The notes under the pieces were generated by a model. The model saw nothing but the letters and a program-made list of their open reading frames with translations. It searched no databases and was not told the origin of the DNA. The position numbers and the translations under genes are program-made. From Octopus sinensis (Eukaryota), in assembly GCF_006345805.1 (NCBI RefSeq), contig NC_043005.1, positions 11,718,001-11,782,000 of the forward strand: DNA of 64,000 bases, given 5' to 3'. This document shows positions 49,373 to 63,720 of this stretch, piece by piece. Position 1 is the first letter of the stretch. Every line of letters begins with the position of its first letter.

Positions 49373-51823
49373 ATGTAAGCAATGTAAATGACCGTTCGAT
49401 ATTGAAATTTGTTCCACTTGTTCCACAGTATACCTATTTATACCACTTATATTTGCTATACGTTTTATCTAGACTTCTATCGAGACAAAATCAAAAGCAA
49501 AAATCAAAAAGAAATATGAAATGATGGTGGGAATATATTTAGTCAAGCGTCTGCTTCGTCAGGACTGACTTGGAGTCCAACAATCACAAATTATAAAAAT
49601 GTATGTATTTTTGTCTTTGTAGCGTTCATTTTCTACGATTTCACCATATTTGGTTAATTATCCACACAACCAAACATTTTCAGGGCAGCTTTAGCGATAA
49701 CCTATTTTTATGACGTTTGTAGATTTCGTAGGCAACACTCTGAAATGCTGTTGTTGACTTAAGAATTATCTTTCTATTTTTGATCATCAATCCTTAAACT
49801 GAGCTCATGTTAGGATTGCTAAAGCGCCATTTAACCATGTTCCTCTAGATTTTTATCTTTCTTTCATCTCTTCAAGTCGAAAAAATAAAAGCCAGTAAAA
49901 TGATTTTATATGTATTCAGCTACACTCTACTGAAAATGTGTTGCTTGTGCCTTTAAATATTCATTAATATTACATTTAATTTTACATTAAAATTACATTG
50001 CTTTTGCGCGTGCACCACACACACACATACTTATATGTATATGTACGTGTGTATATTTATATAGACTGATTTAAACTTAAATCACACATTAAATCACGAG
50101 TATATACGTATTTACGTATTCCATCAGTATTTTTGCACACCCAAAGGGAAGCTGTGAGTAGAATTCGTGTAGTCTGTTTCATTTGGTTGGATCTTTAGAT
50201 CTGCAGGTCACAGAATACATAGACGAAGCAAAAAAAAAGCATGGAGTATATATACATACATGAACTTCCTTCATTTGTTTTGCTTTCTCTCACCCCCCTG
50301 AGTTCTCTTGCTTCTCTCTTTCATTTCTCGAAGGCCCCGAAGAGCAAGAGCCAGCGATCAATACAGAAAATCACGGTAGCTAATATGCAGTTTTGAAAAG
50401 TTGTCATTTTCCTGGCTGCGCTACAAACAACGAGTGTTTCATTGAGATACTGAAAAGAAACAGAAGGAAGAAACAGAATAAAAATCTGCAAACGATTCGC
50501 ATTCACGACGTCAATGCGCGAAAGAACATATTTGGCAATACACTATGCAATCAAAAAGTTGAGCCCGCAGCATTGTGATGACAATGAGGTGATAGTAACC
50601 GTGAAGAAATGTTCATAACAGCTCACCTAAAATCTCAAAAAGGATTGAAGCATCGTTTTGGCACGACGATGGCGCCAATGTAACACTTCAAATGAAAGCT
50701 ATGTTAACTAGAAGCGTTGTATAGAAGAGTCACTCTACCGACGAGGAATTTGAATGACATGTGTTAGTAAAAATGTTATACCCACATTTGCATTACTTTC
50801 ATTCTAACACTTGTGAAAATTCCAAAGACAATGATGCGATTGCAATGATTACTTTGTAATGTTTCCCTAATTCTAGTATCTTTCCATGTTTGTATCAAAT
50901 TCACTAAGATGCTAGGCTGTTGAGAACGAAATGAATCGCAAAATATATTCCTATATATGTTCCTAATATCCGATCTATTATGCTGAACATTTACTTTCTA
51001 ACTGTCTGGGGTTGCTAGTATGTGCTTATATATTGTCATATTTCTTGAATTGATTGTGGTTTTCATATCAATCTGTACTGAGTTCAAATTCTACAGAAAC
51101 CATTTTTTTTCATTAATCAGAAGTCGTAAACATGAATTAGTCGAGTACGGACAATATCCTCATTGATTATACACATGGCTACCATTTCTGCACTTGTACC
51201 TACTTTAGAAATCAATATTACTTTGATTCTTCTGTCGTAAAATTCTCTAATTTTTCTTCATCCTGTGTTTATCTTTTCAGTTTTATCCTTTCATGAGTAC
51301 TTCTATGAAGTAGCGCTCTTCTAATTCTTCGATTTTTCTATGACTAAATCTAAATTAATATTGAGACTTTTAATTAAATTACTCTTCTTACAATAGCTTT
51401 GGTGCATTTTTCTCATCATATTCTCATTTTTATATTATTGCTGAATTCATATGTAATTTTTATTGGTCACAGACATGGTTGCTTCGGTAATAAGCTTGTT
51501 TTAGAATTACCCAGTTCTGTCAATTACATAGTTTGATGTCATTGTTCGACGTTATAGTCCAATATCTTCTGCAATAAACACGAATAGATTTATAGGTGAA
51601 GTTGGGTAGACGGAAAACTATTCGGAAGCACGTTGAATGTGCTATATATATTCATGGTCATCTGCTTTAAGACTACCATCTGTCTCAAAGGTATCTTTAT
51701 TGGAATACACACTGTTACAATGATCAAACCAGTTCTACAAGCTAAGGAGAGTACGTAGTATATTAGCTTTCTCCACATTACCTGGATGATGCAAGACATC
51801 ATTGGCATATATATATATATATA

Positions 51824-52715
51824 TAAATATTTAAAAATTGAGGGAGATAAATTAATATTAATTTTAATATCAATTTAAAACCAGTAGTCCAGCATTCAAA
51901 AAATCTGAGGAGTCAGAGAAAATTCAAATATATGTGTATATTGGCAGGGCTGGCCTGCTAGGTAGCCGGTCCTCGAGATGCAAACTGCAAGACTAACCCC
52001 AGCTCTCTGTGTCAAGACAGACACGTGCTTAGTCTTACTGATTACATCGGGAATAAAATTTCAAATGTCTTGGTTCCGGCGCGCTAAGAGACTCCTGAAG
52101 CGAAGGGCTGCAGTGAATAATTCACTGCGGGTAAAGCTTACTACTAGGGAACGTATTTATTTAAATATTTAAAAATTGAGGGAGATAAATTAATATTAAT
52201 TTTAATATCAATTTAAAACCAGTAGTCCAGCATTCAAAAAATCTGAGGAGTCAGAGAAAATTCAAATATATGTGTATATTGGCAGGGCTGGCCTGCTAGG
52301 TCCCTAGTAGTAAGCTTTACCCGCAGTGAATTATTCACTGCAGCCCTTCGCTTCAGGAGTCTCTTAGCGCGCCGGAACCAAGACATTTGAAATTTTATTC
52401 CCGATGTAATCAGTAAGACTAAGCACGTGTCTGTCTTGACACAGAGAGCTGGGATTAGTCTTGTAGTTGCATCTCGAGGACCGAATGTACTGAAGAAGTC
52501 ACGGACACTTGAATTATGCAAGTAATTCTTTTGTTAAGACCGAAACCGAGGTATGCATTTAAGTCTGTTTTTTATTTAATTTTCATATGTCCTGCCCGCC
52601 AAATTTGGTTCTGGTGTTCGCTGAATTCTTCCTCTAGAGAATTTCCCTTGTAGTTTGATCGTTTATGATCTATTTCTAGCATTCTGGCCGGCTACCTAGC
52701 AGGCCAGCCCTGCCA

Positions 52716-52722
<7 letters not shown>
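51824..52722. mobile_element. Tandem-plus-inverted hammerhead-bearing non-coding element in (TA)n
   Basis: Direct repeat 51824-51963 = 52162-52301; inverted repeat 51967-52150 vs 52301-52483; 51935-51969 vs 52688-52722; HHR-6 inside. Confidence 0.75.
52484..52559 (+). ncRNA. Type I hammerhead ribozyme HHR-6
   Basis: AATGTA-CTGAAGA-AGTC[37 nt including a GAATTAT-GCAA-GTAATTC hairpin]GACC-GAAAC-CGAG-GTA/TGCATT. 6-bp helix I, GUA triplet, A-C at the helix II base. Confidence 0.8.
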
Positions 52723-52777
<55 letters not shown>

Positions 52778-52940
52778 GCAACGGCTTGTTAGATTTTCCG
52801 TCGTCTTAAATCACTCACGAGGCGTTGGTCTCTCCGAGGTTATAGTAGAAGGCACTTCTCCATGATGTCATGCAGTGGGACTGAACCTGGAACCATGTGG
52901 TTGGGAAGCAAGCTTCTTACCACACAGCTACTCCTCCGCC
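52778..52940 (-). mobile_element. SINE family C 5' half, diverged
   Basis: Minus-strand head ggcggaggagtagctgtgtggtaagaagcttgcttccc. Confidence 0.7.
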
Positions 52941-52946
52941 TATATA

Positions 52947-53026
52947 TACAGGATGCGACAATATTATCTGTCATATTTGTAGCTTTAATAAAACCAAAAT
53001 GTGTCAGATCATTTTGCCCCATCCTA

Positions 53027-53028
<2 letters not shown>
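52947..53028. mobile_element. 82-bp Tc1/mariner-type mini-MITE
   Basis: TA-caggatgcgacaatattatctgtca ... tgtcagatcattttgccccatccta-TA imperfect TIRs. Confidence 0.5.
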
Positions 53029-53071
<43 letters not shown>

Positions 53072-53223
53072 TAATATATATATATTATATATATATATAC
53101 ACATATATATGCACACACACAACATAAAACATCGTTTTATGTTTATTTTAAATTGAAACGGTTTATATATTTTATTAATTGACATTTTTATGTCTCGGGT
53201 TCTATATGTGACTGTTTAATCGT

Positions 53224-53520
53224 GCCATGTATAAAAGAAGCGTTGGAACTGTCCGAATCTCAAAGAGCCCCTATTGTGGATTAAACGGAAGTTGGACTTA
53301 ATCAGCGTAAAATTGCAGACAACCTTGGGATCCCGCTTTCTACAGTTAATAGTGTGATTGTTGAAATCACCAGAGAAGGAAAGGAGTCCGTCTACATCAC
53401 CTCCTCCAGATCGATCAGGGCCCTCTAACATGACTCTTTGCTTTGTTAAGAGAAGTGTGGAGGATACTCCTCATTGCAAGGTCTCTGACATAGCAAGGCC
53501 TCTGACATAGCACAACAAGT
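53224..53520 (+). mobile_element. Tc1 transposase N-terminal HTH fragment (decayed)
   Basis: [47 protein letters not shown]../PRS.RPGPS matches the Tc1 HTH and GRP region. Confidence 0.72.
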
Positions 53521-53803
53521 TGATGTCATCAAAGCCAGATCTTAAAAGAAGATCTGGCTTTGTTGGCAAGGAATTCTGCAAGAGAACATTCGTCACCTGT
53601 CAGAAGCATACCTAATAAGGTCCTTGCATTGAAAAATGCAAAAGGCAATTCTACTAGATACTAGGTAATCACATTATGATATGAATATCTAAATAATAAA
53701 TTATTCGACGCGTCCTGAGGACATAGATAGATAGAGTGTATGTAAAATTTCAGGTTTAAATGATGATTTTAATGACTACGAGTGTGTCTATTTACTTCTG
53801 TCA

Positions 53804-53853
<50 letters not shown>

Positions 53854-53854
53854 A

Positions 53855-53897
<43 letters not shown>

Positions 53898-54157
53898 TGT
53901 GTGTAGATTGAAAAGGAACACGCGAGTTGATATATATGGAAAATGTCAAGGTGGAAAATGCTAAAATAGTTTTATAGAAAACATTTCAGTACCGGTTTCA
54001 GTCATGGAGTAAGTACGGAAAACAATTAAATTTGGGAAAAATTAAAAGATAAGGTGTTTAAAAGAATATTTGCATAGTGTTCAAATACAAGGAGCATTTT
54101 CCTTGTTTCTGTCTCTCTTCTTTACTCTTGTGGTTTCAAGGTCGTTGTGAATTCTTG

Positions 54158-54622
54158 GAAGAAGAAGAAGAAGAAGAAGAAGAAGAAGAAGAAGAAGAAG
54201 AAGAAGAAGAAGAAGAAGAAGAAGAAGAAGAAGAAGAAGAAGAAGAAGAAGAAGAGAATGCGGGAGTGCCATGATAGTAGTATGTTAAATGGTTAAGTGC
54301 CCTGAAAGTGACCGTTGTGGATAGTAGTAGTGATTGAATTCCTGAAACCTCTTTTGAATGTTTTGTTTGTAACATTTGCGTAGGTGTTACTCTAAACAGC
54401 AATAGTGGTAAAGTTAGGAAGGAGGTGGCCCAGAGGAAGAAGACAACGACAAAGAAGAAGAAGAAGAAGAAGAAGAAGAAGAAGAAGAAGAAGAAGAAGA
54501 AGAAGAAAAAGTAGAAGAAAGAGAGGGAGAATAAGAAGGAATGTAGGTAGTATGATACTAGTAAGGTGTTAAATGGTCAAGTAACCTAAAAGTGACTCGT
54601 TATAGATTATAGCAGTGATTGG
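54158..54622. repeat. Diverged tandem duplication, each unit with (GAA)n
   Basis: tgttaaatggt.aagt..cct.aaagtgac...agtgattg at about 54282-54336 and 54567-54622. Confidence 0.6.
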
Positions 54623-55165
54623 GACTATCTTTGTTGTGTATGCATCTTAATTTTGATGCATACACACCAAAGATAGATGCATACGTACGGGGTACTGAAG
54701 CACAGTAGAAAGATTTTCAGGTTGTGTATACGAGTAATTGAACCCGACTGAGTATATCACTAGCCTTCTAGATAATCAAGAAACGCACATTGTATTAAAT
54801 ATACGATTCATAATATACTTCGGATCACGTAAAGATCAGGTTCCGTGAGAGGTGAATTATGAATAAATATATATTGACTAATGGATGAGGCGTTAATTCA
54901 CTACAACTGCTTCCAACGAATTTTTGATTGATTGATGGAAACATTATATCATTAGAAAAAAAGGTTTTTATCGAATAAATGCATGAACCACATTTAGAAA
55001 CATCCATAATTCAACGGTATATGCACCTTTATTATTCTACGAATCTTGTTGGTTGTAGAAATCGTTGGAGACAGCTGTAGTAAATTGATAAAGTCATACA
55101 TACCTACAATAGATAGCTATCTGTGTGTGTGATGTAGTATTTAATAACTGTCCAATTTAAAGAGG

Positions 55166-55680
55166 GCGAAATACGCAGCCGTATTTTCTCTGCCGTTACG
55201 TTCTGAGTTCAAATTCCGCCCAGGTCGACTTTGCCTTTTATCCTTTCGGGGTCGAGTAAATAAGTACCAGTTATGCACTGGGGTCGATATAATCGACTTA
55301 ATCCGTTTGTCTGTCCTTGTTTGTCCTCTCTGTGTTTAGCCTCTTGTGGGTAGTAAAGAAATTGATATTTCGTCTGCTGGTAGGTTCTGAGTTCAAATTC
55401 CGCCGAGGTCGCCTTTGCCTTTTATCCTTTCGGGGTCGAGTAAATACGTACCAGTTACGCACTGGGGTCGATATAATCGACATAATCCCGTTGTCTGGCT
55501 TTGTTTGTCTCCTCTCAGTTTAGCCCCTTGTGGGTAATAAATAAATAAAACAAATTCTACCGAGGTCGACTTTGCCTTTCATATTTTCGGGGTCGATAAA
55601 TTAAGTACCAGTTGTGTACCGGACTCAATCTAATCAACTGGCCACCTTTCTCAAAATTTCGGGCCTCGTGCCTAGAGTAG
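55166..55680 (+). mobile_element. SINE family A multimer (about three body units)
   Basis: Repeated gtcgactttgccttt..cctttcggggtcga at about 55224, 55408 and 55565. Confidence 0.8.
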
Positions 55681-55869
55681 GAACGAATAATTTTATTGTC
55701 TTTTTCTCTGTATGTTGTTATACATTTACATTATTTTTGATGGCATATTTTCTTTCATGTATGAAAATACGTGACTTTCTTGTAAGGTGTACTGGATCTA
55801 TGATCATATAGTCGTGTGTTCAATTCCCAGATCGGTTAATGATGAGTCTCGTCTAGGTACTAGAGCACA

Positions 55870-56288
55870 CTCTCTTTTCTCTTTTACTTGTTTCAGTCAT
55901 TTGACTGCGGCCATGCTGGAACACCGCCTTCAGTCGAGCAACTTGACCCCGGAACTTATTCTTTGTAAGCCCAGTACTTATTCTATCGGTCTCTTTTGCC
56001 GAACCGCTAAGTGACGAGGACATGAACATACCAGCATCGGTTGTCAAGCAATGCTAGGGGGACAAACACAGGCACACAAACACACACACATACATACATA
56101 CATATATATATATATACATATATACGACAGGCTTCTTTCAGTTTCCGTCTACCAAATCCACTCACAAGGCATTGGTCGGACCGAGGCTATAGTAGAAGAC
56201 ACTTGCCCAAGATGCAACGCAGTGGGACTGAACCCGGAACCATGTGGCTGGTTAGCAAGCTACTTACCACACAGCCACTCCTGCGCCT
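55870..56288 (-). mobile_element. SINE family C, full length
   Basis: Reverse complement of 44880-45295. Confidence 0.85.
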
Positions 56289-56299
56289 ATTTTCCTGCA

Positions 56300-57282
56300 A
56301 TAACCTGGTCAAAAATGGGAAGGCGAAAAGTTTGTCGATGTCTACTTGCGATTAAATAAGCATCTAAAAGAGTTAGCAAAAGCTTGACGCCAGCTACAAA
56401 GATATAGTTGCATATTAGTAACAGCTATAGTGTGATGTTCTCCCATGATCGGAACTCTTTTGTTGTGGCTGTATTTTCCCCCACCTTGAAATGCTTTCTT
56501 TTTCATTTGATGTATAGGCAGAATACTTCGACATTTTCTTCAATCTGTCATGTCATTGTAAAGATAATTTCTTTTAATTTCTTATTTCGGTTTACAGATC
56601 TTTTAGTATTTGTTTCGATTTGTTTTTCTCACACGTATCCTTCTTCATCTTTTCTCTGTTGCTGAGTAAGTAGAGGCAATTCACTTTTCTGTCGATTTTC
56701 ATATTGTATATTTTCTTATAAATGTTTTTAATAGGTTTGCGTGAGAGGGAAGATTCACTCTATTAGACCAAACCTTGTTTTCAACATTGATATTGCCATG
56801 GCTACTGAGTAAATTAGGTTATTTTGCATATTGGTGATCAGCATTTTTTTTTCTTCTTTGGAAAGAGTTATTGTGAAAAGACCTAGTTGTATTTGTGTTA
56901 TATCCAAGAAATATATATGTCTATACGTAAGTATATGTTTATATATATATATATGCATGTATATATATATAATATACTTATATATATGTATATATCTATA
57001 TATATGTATATATGTATATATATATATATATATAATATATATTATATATATATAGTATATATCTATATATGTATATATCTATATCTATATTATATATCTA
57101 TCTATATATATATATGTATATGTATATATATATGTAGATATATATGTGTACATATATATATATATATATGTATACATATATACATGTACATGTATATATG
57201 TATATATATGTATATATATGTATATATATGTATATATATATATATATGGGTATATGAATGTAAACGTATATATGACTGCATT

Positions 57283-57325
<43 letters not shown>

Positions 57326-57355
57326 CGTATATATATGTGTTTGTAATATGTTTGC

Positions 57356-57396
<41 letters not shown>

Positions 57397-57411
57397 GTAT
57401 ATATATGTTTG

Positions 57412-57445
<34 letters not shown>

Positions 57446-58290
57446 GTATATATATGTGTCTGTAATATGTTTGTAATATATTTGCATATATATATAAATA
57501 TATATATATATTTGTGTGTATAATTATACATATGATTATTTGTAGTTTGGGGTGATATTTCTACTGATTCATGTAACATTGATATTTTTGTGGTTACTTC
57601 TTTCTATTCTAGATTTTGTTCTCTTGTTATCTTCGGGGGTTGAGAGAATTTTTTTTTCTCAATTCGAATGATTGTTTCCGTGAGATCGACTTACATGGTT
57701 ATCATCCTCATTTTGCAACGTTTTGTGCGCCTTTTTTTTTTTTTTCTCTCTTATTTGTCATGATTTCTGATATTCGCATAAGATCTCATCTGTAGTGTTT
57801 TCGTTGTATTTCAAAGACATATTTTTCTCTCAATGTAGAATCGATTCCACGGCGTTATTTCCTTTTTATTTAGAGGTCCCGTGTATTTTGTGTGTGGCAG
57901 CCATGCTGCTCTTCGATCACTTTGTGCTATATGTAGATTATGTATTTTGTGGATTTCGATCTTTTGTTTTAGTTTTATTCCAGAGATCTTAATATTTATT
58001 ATTAATCCGCTTACATTTGCTAATGTATTTTGAGTTTACTTTTTTTCTTTCTTCTTCAGTTTGTCTTCCGTTTTCAAACGCATCTCTCATAACCCAAGTG
58101 GGCACTGGAATGTTGTTGTTTCGTTTCAGCAGCTCTATAATCAGTATTCCAAACATAACCATTCCGTCTTCTCAAGAGTATCTAAAACTATATCATCTAT
58201 AGTGTTCTTTGTCGTTTTTTTTTTCTTTTGCTTGAAGACTAGGATTTTATTGGTGGGGAATTCGGCTACTCTTATTACCAGGTTATGACA
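56300..58290 (-). pseudogene. Very decayed coding-like retroelement region (possibly a PLE N-terminus and RT start), split by a TA-rich tract at about 56920-57540
   Basis: A/Lys-rich minus-strand frames with many stops; weak resemblance of QVDIDKLFAFP to PLE RT motif 3. No secure motif. Confidence 0.3.
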
Positions 58291-58464
58291 TAACACAGAG
58301 GGCTCTTTGTTGGTTCGTGTATGTTGTGTAAGGAAGAATGTGTTCTTCCTTACACAGCCTTCCTTTCTGTAACATTACTGGGTATTGTGCTTTGAACTAT
58401 TATTTCTTAATGGTCTTCGACTATTAGCTGCAGGTGGTGAGCTTCTTAACTGGGCAGCAAATGA

Positions 58465-58670
58465 ACTCTTTTACGTGTTTCAGTCATTTGACTGTGGCCA
58501 TGCTGGAGCACCGCCTTTAGTCGAGCAAATCGACCTCAGGACTTATTCTTTGCAAGCCTAGTACTTATTCTGTCGGTCTCTTTTGCCGAACCGCTAGGTT
58601 ACGGGGACATAAACACACCAACATCGGTTGTCAAGCGATGTTGGGGAGATAAACAGACACACAAACACAC

Positions 58671-58763
<93 letters not shown>

Positions 58764-58922
58764 CATATATACGACGGGCTTCTCTCAGTTTCCGTCTACC
58801 AAATCCACACACAAGGCCTTGGTCGGACCGAGGATATAATAGAAGACACTTGCCCAAGGTGCCACACAGTGCGACTGAACCCGGAACCATGTGGTTCGTA
58901 AGCAAGCTACTTACCACACAGC
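58465..58922 (-). mobile_element. SINE family C, full length
   Basis: Reverse complement of 44880-45295. Confidence 0.85.
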
Positions 58923-60226
58923 CCGCAGTATTTGTTCCAATTCTTTGCACTCCGCGTTCAAATCCAGCAAAAGCGGATAATTTATCGGCAGAAATTTTAA
59001 AAGGTGGACTGAATGCATTGGGTTATATATATTCTGAGTTCAAATTCCTAACTTGTCACCGAAAACTGGTGACACTCTTGTTAGGAGTTGCGGCCAACAA
59101 ACACAACCATGACATTGTAAAACAGAAATAAATCAAGGAATTTATATAAAGTAAAGGAAGCACACTTTTTTGGGAACGATCTCCCATTGCCATTTTCTGA
59201 AGACTGATACTTTTTTAGCGTTTGGAACTGAAACGCTGCACTGGTACCAAGGATTAACATTTGAATTAAACTGTTGTGAGACTTTTATTATACAAAATAT
59301 GCAGCCATTTAAATATAAGTATATCTTAGCTCATGACAAATTTCCGTACAACCATAAAGAGTTAACCTGTTGCCATTACTTTACGTTGTAAATAGCATTC
59401 ATTCATATTTATTTATCCAGGTACAGGAAGCTATACATCATTGTATGTTTTGCGTCAACTATATCCCACCTAGGTTTCTATCGTTCTTAGTGAATGGGAG
59501 TGAATCGACCAGACACAGGTACTTTGTGTGCATTGCACGCGCGCGCGCGCGTGTGTGTATGTGTGTGTAATCGAGAGAGAGAGGGGGGGGGAGAAAGGAT
59601 GAATGTTTGTATGTGTGTATATATGTGAATGATGGAATGTCTGACTGGATGTCGTGCATGAGCATGTATGCATCTATGTTTATATGAGCGTGTGTATGTG
59701 CAGTTGCTCGAGTGCGTGCACGCGTGCGTGCGTGCGTGCGTGCGTGCGTGATTGCGTGGTTCTTTTTTCTTCTCTAAGTGCTAATTGAATCGTAATACTT
59801 AACATCGGTGTCACACTGGGAAAGACTTTCGCTGCTCTAAGTGCTAGAGTTCGAGTCTATCAGTTAACTTATTGTATGTGTATGTGTGTGTGTTTGTGTG
59901 TGTGTTTGTGTGTGTGTAATGACAGTTCCTTTTCTCACACGCATTATCTCAATGCTAACGACTCTTGGCAATACAGATGTCTTATATCAATTTCAAATTA
60001 TTACAACTACCTCACAGAGCGAGCAACATAACTTCAGTGTAACACTTCCTCTCAAACACTGCACTAATACACCATAGGTACAACACTAACTCACCTCCCT
60101 TCACTTCCTTCCCTCCACTGTTGCAATCACAATTCTATGCGGTATCCGAATTATGTATACAGCCAAAATTGTTGCAGTCATTGAATTTAGACTGCACCTT
60201 ACTATCCTTACCAAATCTACGCTACC

Positions 60227-60647
60227 GGATCTTTTCGGCTTGAACGGCAGTTTTTTCTTGCGGTGTCATATGAAATTGTCACCCATAATTATGACCCTAG
60301 TATCGATCTATTGCATTTCAATCTCTTTAAGGGTTAGGGTTAGGGTTAGGGGTGGGGGGAAGGGTATCTTTTTTTCTTCACAGATGTAAATAAACCCAAT
60401 CTGTTTCTTAAACGAGGGACATATTCATACGGCACAGAATATTTTTAACTCAATAGACGTATTTGATTGGTTGAAATTGCAGAAATTGAAGAAAAAAACA
60501 ATAAATATCTTACAAACAATAGAATTTTCTCAATAAATCCAAGAAAAAAAGATGTTTTATAAACACATTCTACCAGTATACGAAGTATAAAATTTTTTAG
60601 TTACCTAGAAATTATGTTAAAAATTGCCGTTCAAACCGAAAAGATCC
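60227..60647. mobile_element. MITE with approximately 29-bp TIRs and internal (TTAGGG)n
   Basis: ggatcttttcggcttgaacggcagttttt ... aaaaattgccgttcaaaccgaaaagatcc; same family as 38976-39407. Confidence 0.85.
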
Positions 60648-61016
60648 ACGTTACCATACACTACAAGCTTCCATATACACTCTAATCCCCAAATTTCCAA
60701 CCGCACTAATGCAATCCTTCCTGCATTCATAGACCCTTTTCAATTGTCCCTAACAACATTCTTGATATCAATATCTGTATTTTCATTTAAAATTTCCTTT
60801 ACCTTATTAAAAATGATTTTTTACACGTGCAGGTGACATTGAAAGAATGTTGAGATAATTAAACCTAGAGAATAGTGTACAACACAAAAACAATGGCATA
60901 GAAATACGATGATGAAAATGTTTATGTGAGGTATGTTTTGGGGTGTGAGTGAATGTATATATTTTGTGGGTGTCTGTGTATGCATGTATATATATATTGA
61001 TATATATATATATATA

Positions 61017-61063
<47 letters not shown>

Positions 61064-61696
61064 GTATAATCAATATATATATATATATACACACACAAAC
61101 ATATATTATATATATATATATATATATATAATATACACATAGGTATATTTATGGAAATAGCAATATACATGCAAAGATACACATATATATTAATGTATGT
61201 GTGTGTATGTGTGTGTGTGTGTTAGCGTGTGTGATAAAATCAATTGGTTGATCTCATTAAGCGTGAAGTTAGCAATGAGTAACCTATCTTTGACAGTTAC
61301 GCGTGTGTTTATGGACTATATATTTCAACTATCAGAGAACACACTAAAATATTCAGCTGCAATATTTCAATAGAATTTCATTTCAATTAGAAATTAATTG
61401 TTTCACTTTAATTAAAACGCAATAATTTTTTTTTGAGAAAACTAATAGCTTTAATTTATTCTTTTAATTCTAGCATAATAGCATATTTCTTTCTAAAGGA
61501 AGAAACAAGCACTTAGTGAATCAGTGACTTGTTATACATATATGTGCATATAATCTGCATCTATATACAGAGTTACGAAAATATACATATTGCACGTTTA
61601 TAAACTTGTACCAAAGAAGGCACCTGTCATGTTCACCGAAAATACTAGAAAGTGAAAAGCCGTATCTCTGTTATTATAATCTAACATGGTTGTACA

Positions 61697-62250
61697 TAGG
61701 CGTAGGCGTGGCCGTGTGGTAAGAAGCTTGCTTCCCAAGCCTATGGTTCCGAGTTTAGTCCCACTGCCTGATATCTGGGGCAAGTGATACATTCTACTAT
61801 AACCTCGGGCCGATTAAAGCCTTGTGAGCGGATTTTGTACACGGAAACTGGAGAAGCCCATTATATGTATATGTGTAGATATATATACTATTTAAAAATA
61901 GGATAAAATCTTTATAAGAATTTATCAAGTAGTTAGCGTGGAAATCCTCATGAAAGAAAAATCCACCAATTTTTTCTCTTAAATACATTTATTTACATTA
62001 TATAGAGGGCAATACTATACATAAATGCTACACGGTAGTGTTTATTTATTTTGGTAGTTTTGACGTTATATATATATATATCTGGTATCTCTACGTCCCT
62101 GTAACTCAGCGGTTCGGCAAAAGAGCCTGATAGAATAAGTACAAGGCTCACAAGCAATAAGTTCTGGTGTCAATTACTTCCACTAAAACCATTTAAGGCG
62201 GTACTGCAGCATGACCGACCTCAGTCAAATGACAAAAAAGAAGTAAACGA
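61697..62250 (+). mobile_element. SINE family C head (61697-61862) and tail (62085-62250), diverged
   Basis: ggcgtaggcgtggccgtgtggtaagaagcttgc head; cagcggttcggcaaaagag..gtcaaatgac tail. Confidence 0.6.
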
Positions 62251-63720
62251 AAAAGAAAATAACATGTTAAATATAGGACAATATATAATTTAATGTCGTC
62301 TATTTTCACTCTGTGTTTGAATGAAGGATTATACGTGCAAGGTTGGAACATGTTTGATCCTTGGTCTGCTTTTATTAGAATTGTCCATGTTTATTTTATT
62401 AAAAATCGACTTTAATCAGAGAATGAAGAGTAACTCTTATGACCTTTTGGAAATATATAGAGCTTTCGAGATTGTAGGGAGAAAGATATCCTCATGTAAG
62501 TTGGGCACAATGTTTTCAACAGAGTGTTTTCCTTAAAGAAAATCCATGAGCTTTGTGGTGAAGATAAAACCCTGTAATAAAGTATCATGTCTGCAAAACG
62601 AGAATAATCTCAGAATATTGCCTCCCAAAAATTCTTCTACAGTATTTTGGTATACTCAAGTCATTATACAACGTATTTCGCACTTGTCATTTTCCCCTAG
62701 ATAACGTAGTCAACCGCATTGAAACTACTTCATCCCACAGACAATTTGGTGACCAAGTATGTTAATGTATACAACAATAATATGCTTTCACACCACATAA
62801 TCCAGCAAACATACAAAGGTCAATGATTGATACTCAGGTATAATATGTGTGTGTGTGTGTATATATATATATACATATACGCTTATCAACTGACTGACTA
62901 AAATTCAGTTGCTCCGAACTACTGTAAGATTCTGAGAGAAAAGGACAAATGAAAGGAGACAACAAAGATTTTCTATTTATAGAGATAGGGGTGAAAGAGA
63001 CGTCAAAGTTCCATATAAAAACTGTATGTAGAGAAAAGGATTGTCACACTACAATACCAATTACTACTATTTGGTAAACAGATTTGGCATTAGGAGAACT
63101 AGGTTAATGTCAAATGGTTATAATGACACTCATAGAGAATGCAGAGATTTTATAAAGCTAATATACATCAACATTATAATCAGCTTATAAGTTCTGAGTA
63201 CTTTGATACGTTGGATTAAAGGAAAATACATAGATCTAAAATTTATTCAATTTAGAGAAAAGTCTATCACTTATTATGAGTTGGCATAATACTTATTAAC
63301 TGGGCGGAAAAAAGTTTTATTAATCAAGTGAATATATTAGGGTCCAGAATATATACTAGGAAAAATGGAAGAGGAGAAATCAAAGAAGAAAGGTATTCGT
63401 AGGTTTAGTAGAAGGTGATTCAATAATATGAAGAGAGGTAATTTTAAAACTGTTGTAATACTTACAACATTTAATAAAATGATGTAGTGCGAAACGATCG
63501 TACAGAATTACCGAAGTTATTCTTGTTGCTTATTGTGATTATAATTACCCCATGGATTTATATGGATAACACCATACAGAATTCTGGTGAAAAATAAGTG
63601 TTGTATTAAATATATATAAATATATAAATATAAATATGTATAAAAATATATGTAAATATGTATAAGTATAAATATATAATGTATATGACAGTTTAAAAGT
63701 TTTTATTAATTATTTAAAGC

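Noticed and set aside
59420-59473. Possible 53-nt exon (tttatccag/GTACAGG...CCTAG/gtttct)
   Set aside because: Weak donor site, no partner exons and no recognisable peptide.
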